A stretch of DNA of 64,000 bases from Sedimentisphaerales bacterium (GCA_963708075.1 OY970194.1:2720001-2784000), one strand, 5' to 3'; shown: positions 10,379-20,928, numbered from the stretch's first letter. Translations and numbers: made by a program. The notes: generated by a model not told the origin, from the letters alone.

Positions 10379-12972
10379 GTGACGCCATGGCGTTGACGAC
10401 CGGGCTGCCGGGCCTGGACCAGGCATTGAAGGGCATCCTGCCGGGCGACAATATCGTTTGGCAGGTCGATGCCATCGAGGACTATATGGCGGTCGTGGCG
10501 CCGTACTGCCGGGCCGGCCTGCAGTCCGGGCGAAAGGTCATCTACTTCCGCTTCGCCAGCCATGCACCGGTGGTGCCTCACGACTGCATGGTCGAGGTTC
10601 ACGAGCTGAATCCCGCCGAGGGCTTCGAGTCATTCATCGCGACGATCCATGCGGTGATCGAGAGCGCCGGCCGCGGCGCATGGTACATATTCGATTGCAT
10701 GTCCGAGCTCGCCGCCGACTGGTACTCCGATCCCATGCTCGGCAATTTCTTCCTGCTGACCTGCCCATATCTCTACGACCTGGAGACCGTTGCCTACTTT
10801 GCGATCTTTCGCAATTATCACGGCTCCCGCGCGATCCGCCCGATCTCCGAGACGACGCAGTTGTTTCTGGAGCTCTACCACCACGCCGGAACCCTCTACG
10901 TTCATCCACTCAAGGTGCAGTTCCGCTACTCTTCCACGATGAACATGCTGCACGCCTGGGACGGTGACGAATTCCAGCCCGTCACTTCCAGTGCGCTGAT
11001 CTCGTCCATTCTCACGTCCGTGAACTGGTCCGACCTGGACCCCGATGCACGGCCGGGCTACTGGGAACGGACCTTTCGCGAGGCCCAGCAGGTGCTCGAC
11101 GCCGTCAAGGAGGGCGTCTGTCCACCCGACAAGGAGCGAGAGACCTTCGAGCATTTAAGCCGAATGGCCATCTCTCGCGATCCGGGGATGCTCAAGCTCG
11201 TGTCCCGCTATCTCACTCTCGACGACGTATTGAACGTCTGGCGACGAATGATCGGCTCCGGGCTTGTCGGAGGCAAAACGGTCGGCATGCTCGTCGCCCG
11301 CAGCATCCTCAAACGGCACTCGCCCCGCTTCGCGGACCTTCTCGAAGAGCACGACTCGTTCTATGTCGGCTCCGATGTATTCTACACTTATCTGGTTCGC
11401 AACGGCGTCTGGTGGTTGCGGCAGAAGCAGCGAAGTCCGCAAACGTTTCTCGAAGGAGCCGTCCAGGCCCGCCAGAGAATCCTCATGGGCCAGTTCCCCG
11501 ACTATATCCTCAAGCAGTTCGAGCAGATGCTGGATTACTTCGGCCAGTCGCCGATCATCGTACGCTCCAGCTCGCTTCTGGAGGACAACTACGGCAATTC
11601 CTTTGCGGGCAAGTACGAGAGCGTATTCTGTCCCAACCAGGGTCCACGGGAGCGACGGCTGGAGGATTTCCTGTCGGCGGTGCGGACGATCTATGCAAGC
11701 ACGATGAGCGAGAAGGCGCTTCGCTATCGCGAGCAGCGAGAACTCCTGAACCACGATGAGCAGATGGCGCTTCTGGTCATGCGGGTCTCCGGCGCGACGC
11801 ACGGACGGTACTATTTTCCGCAGGCTGCCGGCGTGGGGTTCTCGTTCAATCCGTACGTCTGGAGTGAGACCATCGATCCGAAAGCAGGTGTGCTGCGGCT
11901 GGTGTTCGGCCTGGGCACCCGGGCCGTGGACCGCTCGGACGACGACTATACCCGGCTCGTCGCCCTCAACGCACCGCAGAGGCGGCCGGAGGCGAACTTC
12001 GAGCAGGTCTGCCAGTACGCCCAGAGACGAGTGGATTACCTGGACCTGCAAGCCAACCGCCTAATGTCCGGCCATTTCCTCGACGTCGTCAAGGATTGCG
12101 CCGATGTGCCGGTCGAAATGTTCGCCTCGACGGACGAATCCTCAGATGCGATGGTCGGCAGCACGAGCAAGATATGGGTGCCTACCTTCGACGGCCTGCT
12201 CTCCACGACGGAATTTGTCAAGGACATGCGGGAGATCCTCCGGGCTCTGCAGGAGGCCTACGAGTACCCTGTCGATGTGGAGTTTACCCTTAATTTCGTG
12301 GGCGACAACACCTACAGGATTCACGTCGTCCAATGCCGGCCGCTTTCGGTCAAAGGCATCGAGACGCCGCGGCCTTCCGTGAGGGAGGTCGCGAAGGACG
12401 ATACGATCATCGAGGCCAGCGGCGCCGTGATCGGGCACAGCCGCCACATTCGTGTCAACCGGTTCATTTACATCGTCCCCTCCGCCTACAGCCGCCTCCC
12501 ACTCCAGGACCGCCACGAGATCGCCCGGCTGATCGGGCAGATCAATCATGCCGCCGAGCCATTCGTGCCCGGGTGCATCATGCTCCTGGGCCCGGGCCGA
12601 TGGGGCTCAAACGACCCGTTCCTCGGCATCCCCGTTGCCTTTGCAGACATCAGCCGGACCTCTGTCCTCTGCGAGATCGTCGCTATGCACGAACACCTGG
12701 TCCCGGATGTCTCCTTAGGCACGCATTTTCTCAATGAGCTGGTGGAGATGGACATGCTGTACCTCGCCTTGTTTCCGCAGCGGGGCAACAACTACCTGCG
12801 AACGGAGTGGTTTGAGAACTCGCCGAACCGGCTGGTTCAACTGGTGCCCAAGGCGGGCAAATGGGCGGACGTGGTGAAAGTCATCGAGCCATCCAGCATC
12901 GCCGGCGAGGGAAGCACCTTTCTGGTTGCCGATGCCTTCGAACAGAAGGTGCTCTGCTACTTTGAGCGGTAA
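10375..12972 (+). CDS. PEP/pyruvate-binding (PPDK_N) domain protein with degenerate RecA/KaiC-like N-terminus
   Basis: VGGKTVGM, IIVRSSSLLEDNYGNSFAGKYES, GLGTRAV, VDVEF..VQCRP; N-terminus TTGLPGLDQALKGILPGDNIV. ATGA overlap with the upstream gene. Confidence 0.85.
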   Translation: MSDAMALTTGLPGLDQALKGILPGDNIVWQVDAIEDYMAVVAPYCRAGLQSGRKVIYFRFASHAPVVPHDCMVEVHELNPAEGFESFIATIHAVIESAGRGAWYIFDCMSELAADWYSDPMLGNFFLLTCPYLYDLETVAYFAIFRNYHGSRAIRPISETTQLFLELYHHAGTLYVHPLKVQFRYSSTMNMLHAWDGDEFQPVTSSALISSILTSVNWSDLDPDARPGYWERTFREAQQVLDAVKEGVCPPDKERETFEHLSRMAISRDPGMLKLVSRYLTLDDVLNVWRRMIGSGLVGGKTVGMLVARSILKRHSPRFADLLEEHDSFYVGSDVFYTYLVRNGVWWLRQKQRSPQTFLEGAVQARQRILMGQFPDYILKQFEQMLDYFGQSPIIVRSSSLLEDNYGNSFAGKYESVFCPNQGPRERRLEDFLSAVRTIYASTMSEKALRYREQRELLNHDEQMALLVMRVSGATHGRYYFPQAAGVGFSFNPYVWSETIDPKAGVLRLVFGLGTRAVDRSDDDYTRLVALNAPQRRPEANFEQVCQYAQRRVDYLDLQANRLMSGHFLDVVKDCADVPVEMFASTDESSDAMVGSTSKIWVPTFDGLLSTTEFVKDMREILRALQEAYEYPVDVEFTLNFVGDNTYRIHVVQCRPLSVKGIETPRPSVREVAKDDTIIEASGAVIGHSRHIRVNRFIYIVPSAYSRLPLQDRHEIARLIGQINHAAEPFVPGCIMLLGPGRWGSNDPFLGIPVAFADISRTSVLCEIVAMHEHLVPDVSLGTHFLNELVEMDMLYLALFPQRGNNYLRTEWFENSPNRLVQLVPKAGKWADVVKVIEPSSIAGEGSTFLVADAFEQKVLCYFER

Positions 12973-13041
12973 GCCTGTCGCCGCCGGACCATGCGGGTGC
13001 GCACGGCGTAATTGCACCGGCGGCGGACACTACTTCAGGAG

Positions 13042-13371
13042 TCAACCTTCGATTTTGGAGATGGTTACGCGGAGGTACTTCTGGCGGTGGCCAATCCTTC
13101 GCTGGCTGTCCTTCCTGCGGCGGAAATGCGTGACGTACAGCTTCTTGCCCTTGATCAGGCCCTTCTCGGCCGTAGTCGCGAACTTGGCCACCACTTTGGC
13201 GCCTTCGATGTACGGCTTGCCGATCCGGACTTTCTCGCCGTCGCCAATGAACAGCACCTTGTTCAGCTCGATTTCCGTGGCCTCCGGCTGCACATCGGTC
13301 AGTTCGATATCCAGGCGGTCGCCTTCGGTCACTTTGTATTGTTTCCCACCTTGCTCAATTACGGCGTACAT
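13042..13371 (-). CDS. rplU: 50S ribosomal protein L21
   Basis: MYAVIEQGGKQYKVTEGD...RRKDSQRRIGHRQKYLRVTISKI. Confidence 0.98.
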   Translation of the reverse strand: MYAVIEQGGKQYKVTEGDRLDIELTDVQPEATEIELNKVLFIGDGEKVRIGKPYIEGAKVVAKFATTAEKGLIKGKKLYVTHFRRRKDSQRRIGHRQKYLRVTISKIEG

Positions 13372-13520
13372 CCCAAGCTCCAAATATAGAAGGTTCATTC
13401 TGGAAGAAACCAGTATGTTACGGACGCCGCAGGTTTTTGTAAAGACTTTTCCGGCAGAATTTTGTACCTTATGGCAACTGTGCCCTGAATTCGTATGGAT
13501 GCTTTTTCGGGAGTGCCCGC

Positions 13521-14354
13521 ATGAAACTGGCGATGGTCAATGACAGATTTGTGCCCATCGAGAACCTGGATCCCAGCTACTATGACCGCGGCCTGTATTT
13601 TGGCGACGGCGTTTATGAGGTCCTGAGAAGCTATAATGGCAAGCTTTTCGCCCTGGACGAGCACATGGAGCGGTTCGCCGCAAGCATGGCCGCCATCCGC
13701 ATTATTGGCGTGGATATCCACGACGTCCGTGACCGGGTGGAGCAAGCTTTCAAGGCCACCGGCCTGCCCAACGTCAAGATCTACTTCCATGTAACCCGGG
13801 GGTCCGCACCGAGGAATCACCTCTGGGATCCCCATCTCAAGCCGAATTTCCTCCTGATCGTGAGCGAGGTCAAGGACCATCCCGAGGAGAAAGCCCGGGG
13901 CATCGCCGTCTGCACGCACCCGGACCTGCGATGGAAACGATGCGATATCAAGAGCCTCAACCTCCTGCCCAACGTTCTGGCCCGCCAGGACGCTTTTGAG
14001 AAAGGCTGTGACGAGGCGATTCTGGTCAATGAGGCCGGATTCATCACCGAAGGCACAAGCTCGGCCTTCTTCGCCATCGTCAGAGGAGCCCTGCAGACCG
14101 CCCCGCTGTCCGCCAATATCCTGCCGTCGATCACGCGCAAATTCGTGGTCAAGGCGGCGACGAATGTCGGGATGCCGATTGAAGAATGCTGCCTTACGCC
14201 CAAGCAGGCCGCCGCCGCCGATGAGTTGTTCCTTGCCGTAACGACCAAAGACATCGTCCCGGTCGTCAAATTCGACGATGTGGTTATCGGCAAGGGCGCC
14301 CCCGGTCCCCTGACCAAGGCCCTCACGGCCGAGTTCCTGAAGTTCACACGCTGA
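13521..14354 (+). CDS. Class IV PLP aminotransferase (D-amino-acid aminotransferase-like)
   Basis: DRGLYFGDGVYEV, RWKRCDIKSLNLLPNVLA, TEG, ILPSITR. Confidence 0.9.
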   Translation: MKLAMVNDRFVPIENLDPSYYDRGLYFGDGVYEVLRSYNGKLFALDEHMERFAASMAAIRIIGVDIHDVRDRVEQAFKATGLPNVKIYFHVTRGSAPRNHLWDPHLKPNFLLIVSEVKDHPEEKARGIAVCTHPDLRWKRCDIKSLNLLPNVLARQDAFEKGCDEAILVNEAGFITEGTSSAFFAIVRGALQTAPLSANILPSITRKFVVKAATNVGMPIEECCLTPKQAAAADELFLAVTTKDIVPVVKFDDVVIGKGAPGPLTKALTAEFLKFTR

Positions 14355-14374
14355 CCAGAAGCAGCCTATGCCCC

Positions 14375-14466
14375 GGGTGGCACCGCCAAACTCGTTTGAC
14401 GGTGCTCACAAAGTCGGAGTTGGCAGCCCAAGACCCCACGGGCAAACGAGTTTGCCTGTGCCACCC
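14375..14466. repeat. REP-like inverted doublet between convergent genes
   Basis: gggtggcaccgccaaactcgtttgacggtg versus the reverse complement of cacgggcaaacgagtttgcctgtgccaccc. Each 30-bp arm is itself a hairpin. Confidence 0.75.
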
Positions 14467-14500
14467 AGATCGTGCCTCTCAACCCGAGCAGGTATCCGCA

Positions 14501-15703
14501 TCAGAGGGCGCCGCGGAAGAACAGGACCAGCGCGAGCACGCAGACGAGCATGATCGCGCCCGGCACCATCCACACCTTGCGCCACTGGAACTGACCACCC
14601 ATACGGAACCTGTCCATCACAACGCCGGCAAGCTGCGTGCCCAGGAACAGGCCAAGGCCGCTCTGGGCGGTAAAGATCAGCGCCTGCATGGACCCGCCGG
14701 TCCCTTCCGGAGCTACCGAGCCGGCGAACATCTGTCCGGCAATGATGAAGAAGACATACGCCAGGCCATGAAATGCCTGCGAAACTACAATGACGGCCGG
14801 CGGTCGTGGGATGATGTACAGCACGTACAGCACCAGCCATGAAGCAGCACCTATCGCCAGTGTCCACTTGTAGCCGAGCTCGCTCACAAACAAGCCGAGC
14901 AGCAGCAATGTGGCGGCGGCCTGCGTAGCCTGGGCAAGCGCCATGGCGGCCGGCACGTTCTTGGACGCAATCCCGTTGTCCTGCATGAACTGAGCCGTGC
15001 CCAGAAAATAGAACTGCATCATGCCCGCGGCCGCCATCGAGATCAGGAAGAACACAAGGAAACTCGGCGTCCGCAGCATGCCCATGGCTTCGGCAATCGG
15101 TGCCCCGCCAGTATTCGCCGGCGGCGTACTGGGCAGGAACATGACGCAGACTACTCCCGTGACAATGGACAAGACGGCTGCCAAGACAAGGCAGTCCCTG
15201 CCCTGCTCGCCCGTCTTGAAGATCCAGCGCCAGCCCGTCAGAAAGTACCCGGCCAGAGCCCAGGCAATCGGCGCCCACATGAAAATGTAAGCTGACTTGG
15301 CCGTATCGACATTATTCTGGGCCAAATGGTAGAACATCAGGGAGTTCACCAGCGGCAGCGTGGCCGCGTAGCAGAGCGAGTACAGGAAGATCACTGTAAA
15401 CAGCGACTTGAAGTCCTTCCTCGATGCGGCAATGAACATTAAGAGGAAGCCTACCAGATGAGCCCCAGCGAGGATCCACTCCGTATTGACGTACTTATCG
15501 GCCAGTTGGCCGGCCATGAGAGGCATGAAGATGCACGCCAGGGGCAGTGCGGCGTAGATCCAGCCCGTCTGCTTGCCGCTGAACTTCAGCGGCCCCAGAA
15601 GCCTCGCGGCCAATACCGGATACCAGGCTCCCCAGACGGCAAACTCCAGGAACATCAACGCGCTGAGTTTCAGGTATAGAGTCGAGTCCATTCCGAAAGT
15701 CAT
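14501..15703 (-). CDS. MFS transporter, nucleoside:H+ symporter-like
   Basis: LSALMFLEFAVWGAW, GQLADKY; about 12 TM segments. Confidence 0.88.
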   Translation of the reverse strand: MTFGMDSTLYLKLSALMFLEFAVWGAWYPVLAARLLGPLKFSGKQTGWIYAALPLACIFMPLMAGQLADKYVNTEWILAGAHLVGFLLMFIAASRKDFKSLFTVIFLYSLCYAATLPLVNSLMFYHLAQNNVDTAKSAYIFMWAPIAWALAGYFLTGWRWIFKTGEQGRDCLVLAAVLSIVTGVVCVMFLPSTPPANTGGAPIAEAMGMLRTPSFLVFFLISMAAAGMMQFYFLGTAQFMQDNGIASKNVPAAMALAQATQAAATLLLLGLFVSELGYKWTLAIGAASWLVLYVLYIIPRPPAVIVVSQAFHGLAYVFFIIAGQMFAGSVAPEGTGGSMQALIFTAQSGLGLFLGTQLAGVVMDRFRMGGQFQWRKVWMVPGAIMLVCVLALVLFFRGAL

Positions 15704-15733
15704 GTGTCTCTCCTTAATTGCTCAGGGGATGTT

Positions 15734-16551
15734 CTATTTGCACGCCGCGGTAAGCCGCTGGATCGCTATTTTGATGTCGCCGACGCGATTGTCGCCGGCC
15801 TCCCGCTCGATGGCCATGGCGCCTTCGAATTCGACTTCCTGGAGCACGCCCAGGAATTGCGCGACGCCGACTTGGCCGTCGCCCCACGGGACCTCGCTGC
15901 CCCAGGTGCCCGGCTGCTTCGTCCGCACGGCGTCTTTCACGTGCAGATGCCGAATCCACGGTGACAACACCCGCACCGCCTCGATCGGGTCGCCCTTATC
16001 GTAGAGAATCATGTTGGCCGGGTCGAAATTGACCCCGACGGAATCGTGGTCCAGCTCCTCCAGGAAGCCCCGCAGCTCGGGGGCGGTTCCTGGCCCGTCT
16101 CCAGCAACAGCGTGATGCCGTTATCCTCCGCGATATCCGCCAGATCGCGAATCCGGGCGTACATTTTCTTCGCATACGCCTTGTTCTTCTCATCGATGAA
16201 TCCGGCGTGCATGGACAGGTACTTCACGCCCAGATCCGCCGTCACCTCCGCGGCGCCGATGAACAGGTCGTGATTTCGCTCCCACGTGGCGTCCGGGACC
16301 ACCCCGCCGGTGACCTTGATGCTCTCCAGCGTCGAGTAATCCTCCTGCGGAAAATCGATCATCGTGCTCGTGATCGTCCATCGCTGGGCGCGGATCGTAT
16401 CGAGCTGCTTGCCGCTGCTGTCCTCCACCGCCCCGCGAATCCCCAGATGCACGTGCTGCAGGTTGAGGTCCTTCATCGTCTTGGCCACGCCCGGCACGTC
16501 CGTTCGAAGCGACCAACTGCACACGCCCACAGGCCAACCCTTGCATTTCAT
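15734..16551 (-). CDS. Sugar phosphate isomerase/epimerase (AP endonuclease 2 TIM barrel); frameshift near 16080
   Basis: GVCSWSL, LLLETGQE, then in another frame NFDPANMILYDKGDP..HLHVKD..IEREAG. Confidence 0.88.
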
Positions 16552-16658
16552 TATCTATCTCCCATCCCTTGGAAGTTTGAAGTGTGAAGGTTGATGTTTG
16601 AAGTAAGAAATCGTTCTCCCAAATCAACAATCAACGATCACACTTCGGACTTCAACCT

Positions 16659-17678
16659 TTACCGGATCATGACTCTCTGCTTGTTGTTTATGGACTTCTT
16701 CTCGGCCTCGACGATTCTCACGGAATTGCGAGACTGCTCCAGGGTGATGATCGGCTTGACGACCTCGCCCCGCAAAACCTTGACAAAGTACTCGATCTCT
16801 TGCAGGTATCCGTCGCCGTCGGAGACCGGCGGAGTAAACTCCTCGCCCTCGGCGGGACAGATGCGCAGCATCGGCTTCCGTGTCAGGTCGTACACGATGG
16901 TCGCCTTTTCGAGCACAAGATTGAAGCTCATCTCGAACCCGAACGCGGTGGTCATTCCCCAGCCGCCCTCGGCCAGTATGAGCTTATCCTCGCCATATTC
17001 GTACTCGGTGAGCATGTGGATCAACTGCCCGGCCGGCCCCTTGGCACCGTGACTGCACACCGACTTGGGCATGCCGAAGAGGTACTGCACGTAGTCTGTG
17101 TCGTGGATGTGCAGGTCGAGCGCGACGCCGCCGCTGCGTTTCTCATCGATGAACCAGTTATCGGCGCTCCAGCCCGGAGGGGCCCCGAGCCGCTGAAACA
17201 TCGCAGCCACGACCTTGCCGTATTCGCCGCTGTCCACGATCTCCTTTGCCTTGGCATACTCCGGCCAAAACCTCACGCAATGTCCGATCTGGAGCACCTT
17301 TCCGCTGCGCCGGGCGGCCGCGATCATCCGGTCGCAATCCGCGACGGTCAGCGCCATGGGCTTCTCACACAGGACGTTCACCCCTCGTGACAGCGCCTTC
17401 TCCGAGCAGTCCGCGTGCAGGTACGTCGGCAGCGTCAGCGAGATCGCGTCGAGCCTGGCCTTGTCGAGCATCTGTTCGAGGTCACGATACACCTCGATCC
17501 CCGTAAAATCGATCTCGCTGTCGGCGCCCTTGATGTTCCCCACCGCCCGTTTCGTGTCTTCCTTGATGTTCGGATTCGCGTCGCAGATCGCCACGACCTG
17601 AGCATCCTTGATGGCCTTCCAGATGCGGTAGTGCATCCGCCCCATGAACCCGAAGCCCACTATTCCTATCTTCAGCAT
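16659..17678 (-). CDS. Gfo/Idh/MocA family oxidoreductase
   Basis: IGIVGFGFMGRMH, VLCEKPMA, SGGVALDLHIHD. Confidence 0.93.
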   Translation of the reverse strand: MLKIGIVGFGFMGRMHYRIWKAIKDAQVVAICDANPNIKEDTKRAVGNIKGADSEIDFTGIEVYRDLEQMLDKARLDAISLTLPTYLHADCSEKALSRGVNVLCEKPMALTVADCDRMIAAARRSGKVLQIGHCVRFWPEYAKAKEIVDSGEYGKVVAAMFQRLGAPPGWSADNWFIDEKRSGGVALDLHIHDTDYVQYLFGMPKSVCSHGAKGPAGQLIHMLTEYEYGEDKLILAEGGWGMTTAFGFEMSFNLVLEKATIVYDLTRKPMLRICPAEGEEFTPPVSDGDGYLQEIEYFVKVLRGEVVKPIITLEQSRNSVRIVEAEKKSINNKQRVMIR

Positions 17679-17780
17679 ATCGATGGACCTCCCTAGTTCA
17701 ATTTGTGATTTACGATCTATCATTTACCATTTACAATCAGAAATCGCAAATCAGAAATCGTAAATCCAAAGGGATCAGGT

Positions 17781-18803
17781 ATGACACCGAAAGAACGCAT
17801 CTATGCGACCCTCCGGGGTAAACGCTACGACCGCCCGGCTGTCACGCCCATATTTATGTCCTGGGCAGCCCATTTTATCGGGCGTACGTATCGAGACTAT
17901 TACCTCGATGGCGACGTGCTCGTCGAAGCACAACTCGCGGTCGCGAAGGCTTTCAACTTGGATCAGGTCAGTGCGATCAGCGATCCCTGGCGGGAGGCAT
18001 CGGCCTATGGTATGGAGTTCGATTATCCGGAGAACGGCGTCGGCAGGCCGAGAAGAGTCCTGATCCAGGGACCGCAGGACATCAGCCGCATCAGGCCCTT
18101 CGAGATCGAAAACGCGGATCGCCCCAGGCAGCGCGTGGAGAGCGTCCGAAAGATGGCCAAGGCGGTCGGCAAGACCCACAGCGTGCTCGGCTGGGCCGAG
18201 GGACCTCTGGCCGTGTACGCCGACCTGCGCGGCGTCGAGAGCATGTTCCTGGACCTGATCGACACGCCCGACATGTACCTTGGAGCCGCCGAAATCATCA
18301 TCGAGAACCAGATTCGCTTCGCAAAGGCACAGATCGCCGCCGGTGCAGACATGATCGGCGTCGGTGATTCCGTCGCCAGCCTGATCAATCCAACGATGTA
18401 CCAGGATTATGTCTTGCCTTTTGAGAAGAGGCTCTTCGACGCGATTCACGAGGCCGGCGGCGCCGTGAAGCTGCACGTGTGCGGGGACATCAACCGCAGC
18501 ATCCACCTCATGGCCCGGACCGGCTGTGACATCATCGACATCGACTGGATGGTCCCCGTGGACGAATCGAGACGGCTGGTAGGTCCAAGCGTCACGCTTG
18601 CGGGAAATTTCGATCCCTCGGCGGTCCTGCTGCAGGGCAGCTCGCAGGATGTAGCCGATGCCGCCCGGCGATGCCTGGAAATGGGTGGTCGGAGATTCAT
18701 TCTGCAGCCGGGCTGCGAAGTCCCGCCCGGCACGCCGGAGCAGAACCTCCGAGCCTTCTGCCCGTGCCAAGGATGCCTCATCCCTGAAGTTTTTGGACTG
18801 TGA
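17781..18803 (+). CDS. Uroporphyrinogen decarboxylase family protein (MtaA/CmuA-like methylcobamide methyltransferase type)
   Basis: MTPKERI, EGPLA, LHVCGD (HxC), LAGNFDP, FILQPGCEVPPGTP. Confidence 0.85.
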   Translation: MTPKERIYATLRGKRYDRPAVTPIFMSWAAHFIGRTYRDYYLDGDVLVEAQLAVAKAFNLDQVSAISDPWREASAYGMEFDYPENGVGRPRRVLIQGPQDISRIRPFEIENADRPRQRVESVRKMAKAVGKTHSVLGWAEGPLAVYADLRGVESMFLDLIDTPDMYLGAAEIIIENQIRFAKAQIAAGADMIGVGDSVASLINPTMYQDYVLPFEKRLFDAIHEAGGAVKLHVCGDINRSIHLMARTGCDIIDIDWMVPVDESRRLVGPSVTLAGNFDPSAVLLQGSSQDVADAARRCLEMGGRRFILQPGCEVPPGTPEQNLRAFCPCQGCLIPEVFGL

Positions 18804-18811
18804 CCGGCATA

Positions 18812-20854
18812 TCAGTTCCGGCGGGCCTTCGGCTGCTCGGTGTGCATGAGTTTGTGGGCCCGAATGAATTCGCCGATGCTCCAGGCTTGGGCGGGACATC
18901 CTCGCGGCTTGTGGGGCGGGTCTCCGTCGAAGATCTCGGAGATGCTGCCGAGGCAGGCATCCTGGGTCAGGTGCCGGGTCAGAGGCTCGAGCATTTGGGT
19001 GGCTTCCCGCCTGCTGTCGGGACTGAAGTCACGGACTCTCAAGTAGGCCTCGACGAACGGGCCGATAAGCCAGGCCCAGACGGTCCCCTGGTGATAGGCC
19101 TCGTCTCTCTGGTACGCCGATCCCGCACAACAGCCCTTGTAGCGTGCGTCCTGCCTGTTCAGCGTGCGAAGCCCGTACGGGGTAAGCAACTCCCGCTCCA
19201 CGGCAGTCACCACGGCTCGTTGTTGCTGTCGGGTCAGAGGCGGGCCGTAGGGTAGTGACACGACGAAGATCTGGTTCGGGCGAAGGCTTGCATCGACAGA
19301 GCCTTCCGACATCACGGCATCATTCAAGTGCCCCCGCTGCTCGTTCCAGAACACCCGGGCAAAGCTGTCGCCGACTTTCGCTGTCATCTGCGCGTAACGG
19401 CTCGCATCCGGCAGGTGTTTTTGGCGGCAGAATTGGCTCATGCGGCACAGCGCATTGTGCCACAATGCGTTGACCTCCACCGCTTTGCCATAGCGAGGGG
19501 TGAACGTGACATCGCCGCACTTGGCGTCCATCCAGGTCAGTTGCGTGTTGGAGTCGCCGGCCAGGATCAACCCGTCGGTGTCCGCATGGATGCCGAATCG
19601 CGTGCCGTTGTGATACGAATCGATGATCCAGCGAATCACAGGCAACAGCTCCCGCGAGAACACAGGAAGGTCCCCTGTCGCCTCCAGGTACTCAAAGGCG
19701 CTGTGAATGAACCACAGGGATGCGTCCACGCTGTTGAAGTGTGCCGTATGACTGCGGTCGTCAAAGCGGTTCGGGATCATGCCCTGATCGGCGGCCGCAG
19801 CGAAAGTAGTCAGCACGGACTTAGCCTCCTCGTGCCGGCCGGTGGCCAGCAGCAGCCCCGGCAAGGCGATGAAGGCATCACGACCCCAATCGGCGAACCA
19901 GGGATACCCGGCGACAATCGAGATCCGCTCGCCGGCCCCATCCCCGCGTGTGATAATGAATTGATCCGCCGCAAGCGACAGGACACGGTCGATCCGGCTC
20001 CGGGCCTTGGCCGTGCGAATCAGGTCGCCCTGATGCTCGACCAACTCGCTCCCGACCAGACCGGCATCTATGGACGGTTCCCTGCCGGGTCGCAAATGCT
20101 CGCCAAAACGGGCCCGAAAGACGATGTGGCTCGTCGATGCGACCTGCCCCCGGAAGATACCCGGCGCCCACAGGTCCTCGGTACAGGCAAGTCCCCTCGT
20201 CCTGTTGTCGCGATAGCTGAAATTGTACCACCACTGCGCGTCCGGCTCGAATCGCATCGCCGGACAATCGAGGAGCAGTTCGCCCGCAGTCGGCGCATCG
20301 TAGCGTACCAACAAGCCTGAGCTGGAATCGTCACAAGTCAGCCGGGCATCGGATTTCTGAAGCATGTGGAAGTCTCGCAGGCCGACGAATGGACGTAGCA
20401 GGAATTCCACAGGCTCGCGAATGTTGCGGAAGGTGTATTCCACGACGACCGTGTCGCTCTCGCGGGCGAGGCGGACTGTCTTGAGGACCTCGATGGGATT
20501 GAGGTCGTACAGGAAGTGCACGGCGTCGTCGCGCCAGAATTCGCGCAGGAAGGCATAGCCGGCGGGAATCAGCTTATCGCCGAACTCGAACGTCGACAGT
20601 TGGAACACCTGGCTGCCGCAGACTACCGTTTCGAGGCAGTTCGAGAGCGCCATGGTCCTGTTGATCGGCGGCATAAGCGACCCGATCAGCAGGCCGTGAT
20701 ACCCGCTCGTGTTGCATCCCACAACGGTCGACGCGGCGTAGCTGCCTCGTTGGTTGGTCAGAAGCCATTCCCTGCTCAGCAACTCCTCAGGAGCCCTGCC
20801 CGGGACGGATATATGCACGATTTCTTCACTATTTGCTTTCTGTGTGATCAGCAT
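18812..20854 (-). CDS. Amylo-alpha-1,6-glucosidase (glycogen debranching enzyme, archaeal type)
   Basis: EWLLTN..YHGLL, AGYPWFADWGRD, NSVDASLWF, LTWMD, RPNQ, YHQGTVW, QAWS. Confidence 0.93.
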   Translation of the reverse strand: MLITQKANSEEIVHISVPGRAPEELLSREWLLTNQRGSYAASTVVGCNTSGYHGLLIGSLMPPINRTMALSNCLETVVCGSQVFQLSTFEFGDKLIPAGYAFLREFWRDDAVHFLYDLNPIEVLKTVRLARESDTVVVEYTFRNIREPVEFLLRPFVGLRDFHMLQKSDARLTCDDSSSGLLVRYDAPTAGELLLDCPAMRFEPDAQWWYNFSYRDNRTRGLACTEDLWAPGIFRGQVASTSHIVFRARFGEHLRPGREPSIDAGLVGSELVEHQGDLIRTAKARSRIDRVLSLAADQFIITRGDGAGERISIVAGYPWFADWGRDAFIALPGLLLATGRHEEAKSVLTTFAAAADQGMIPNRFDDRSHTAHFNSVDASLWFIHSAFEYLEATGDLPVFSRELLPVIRWIIDSYHNGTRFGIHADTDGLILAGDSNTQLTWMDAKCGDVTFTPRYGKAVEVNALWHNALCRMSQFCRQKHLPDASRYAQMTAKVGDSFARVFWNEQRGHLNDAVMSEGSVDASLRPNQIFVVSLPYGPPLTRQQQRAVVTAVERELLTPYGLRTLNRQDARYKGCCAGSAYQRDEAYHQGTVWAWLIGPFVEAYLRVRDFSPDSRREATQMLEPLTRHLTQDACLGSISEIFDGDPPHKPRGCPAQAWSIGEFIRAHKLMHTEQPKARRN

Positions 20855-20928
20855 GAAATACTTCCTCGGCCGTTACACGAATATCTGCAATGTATGGCCT
20901 CGCTACCCCCATGTGACATCAACGCCCG

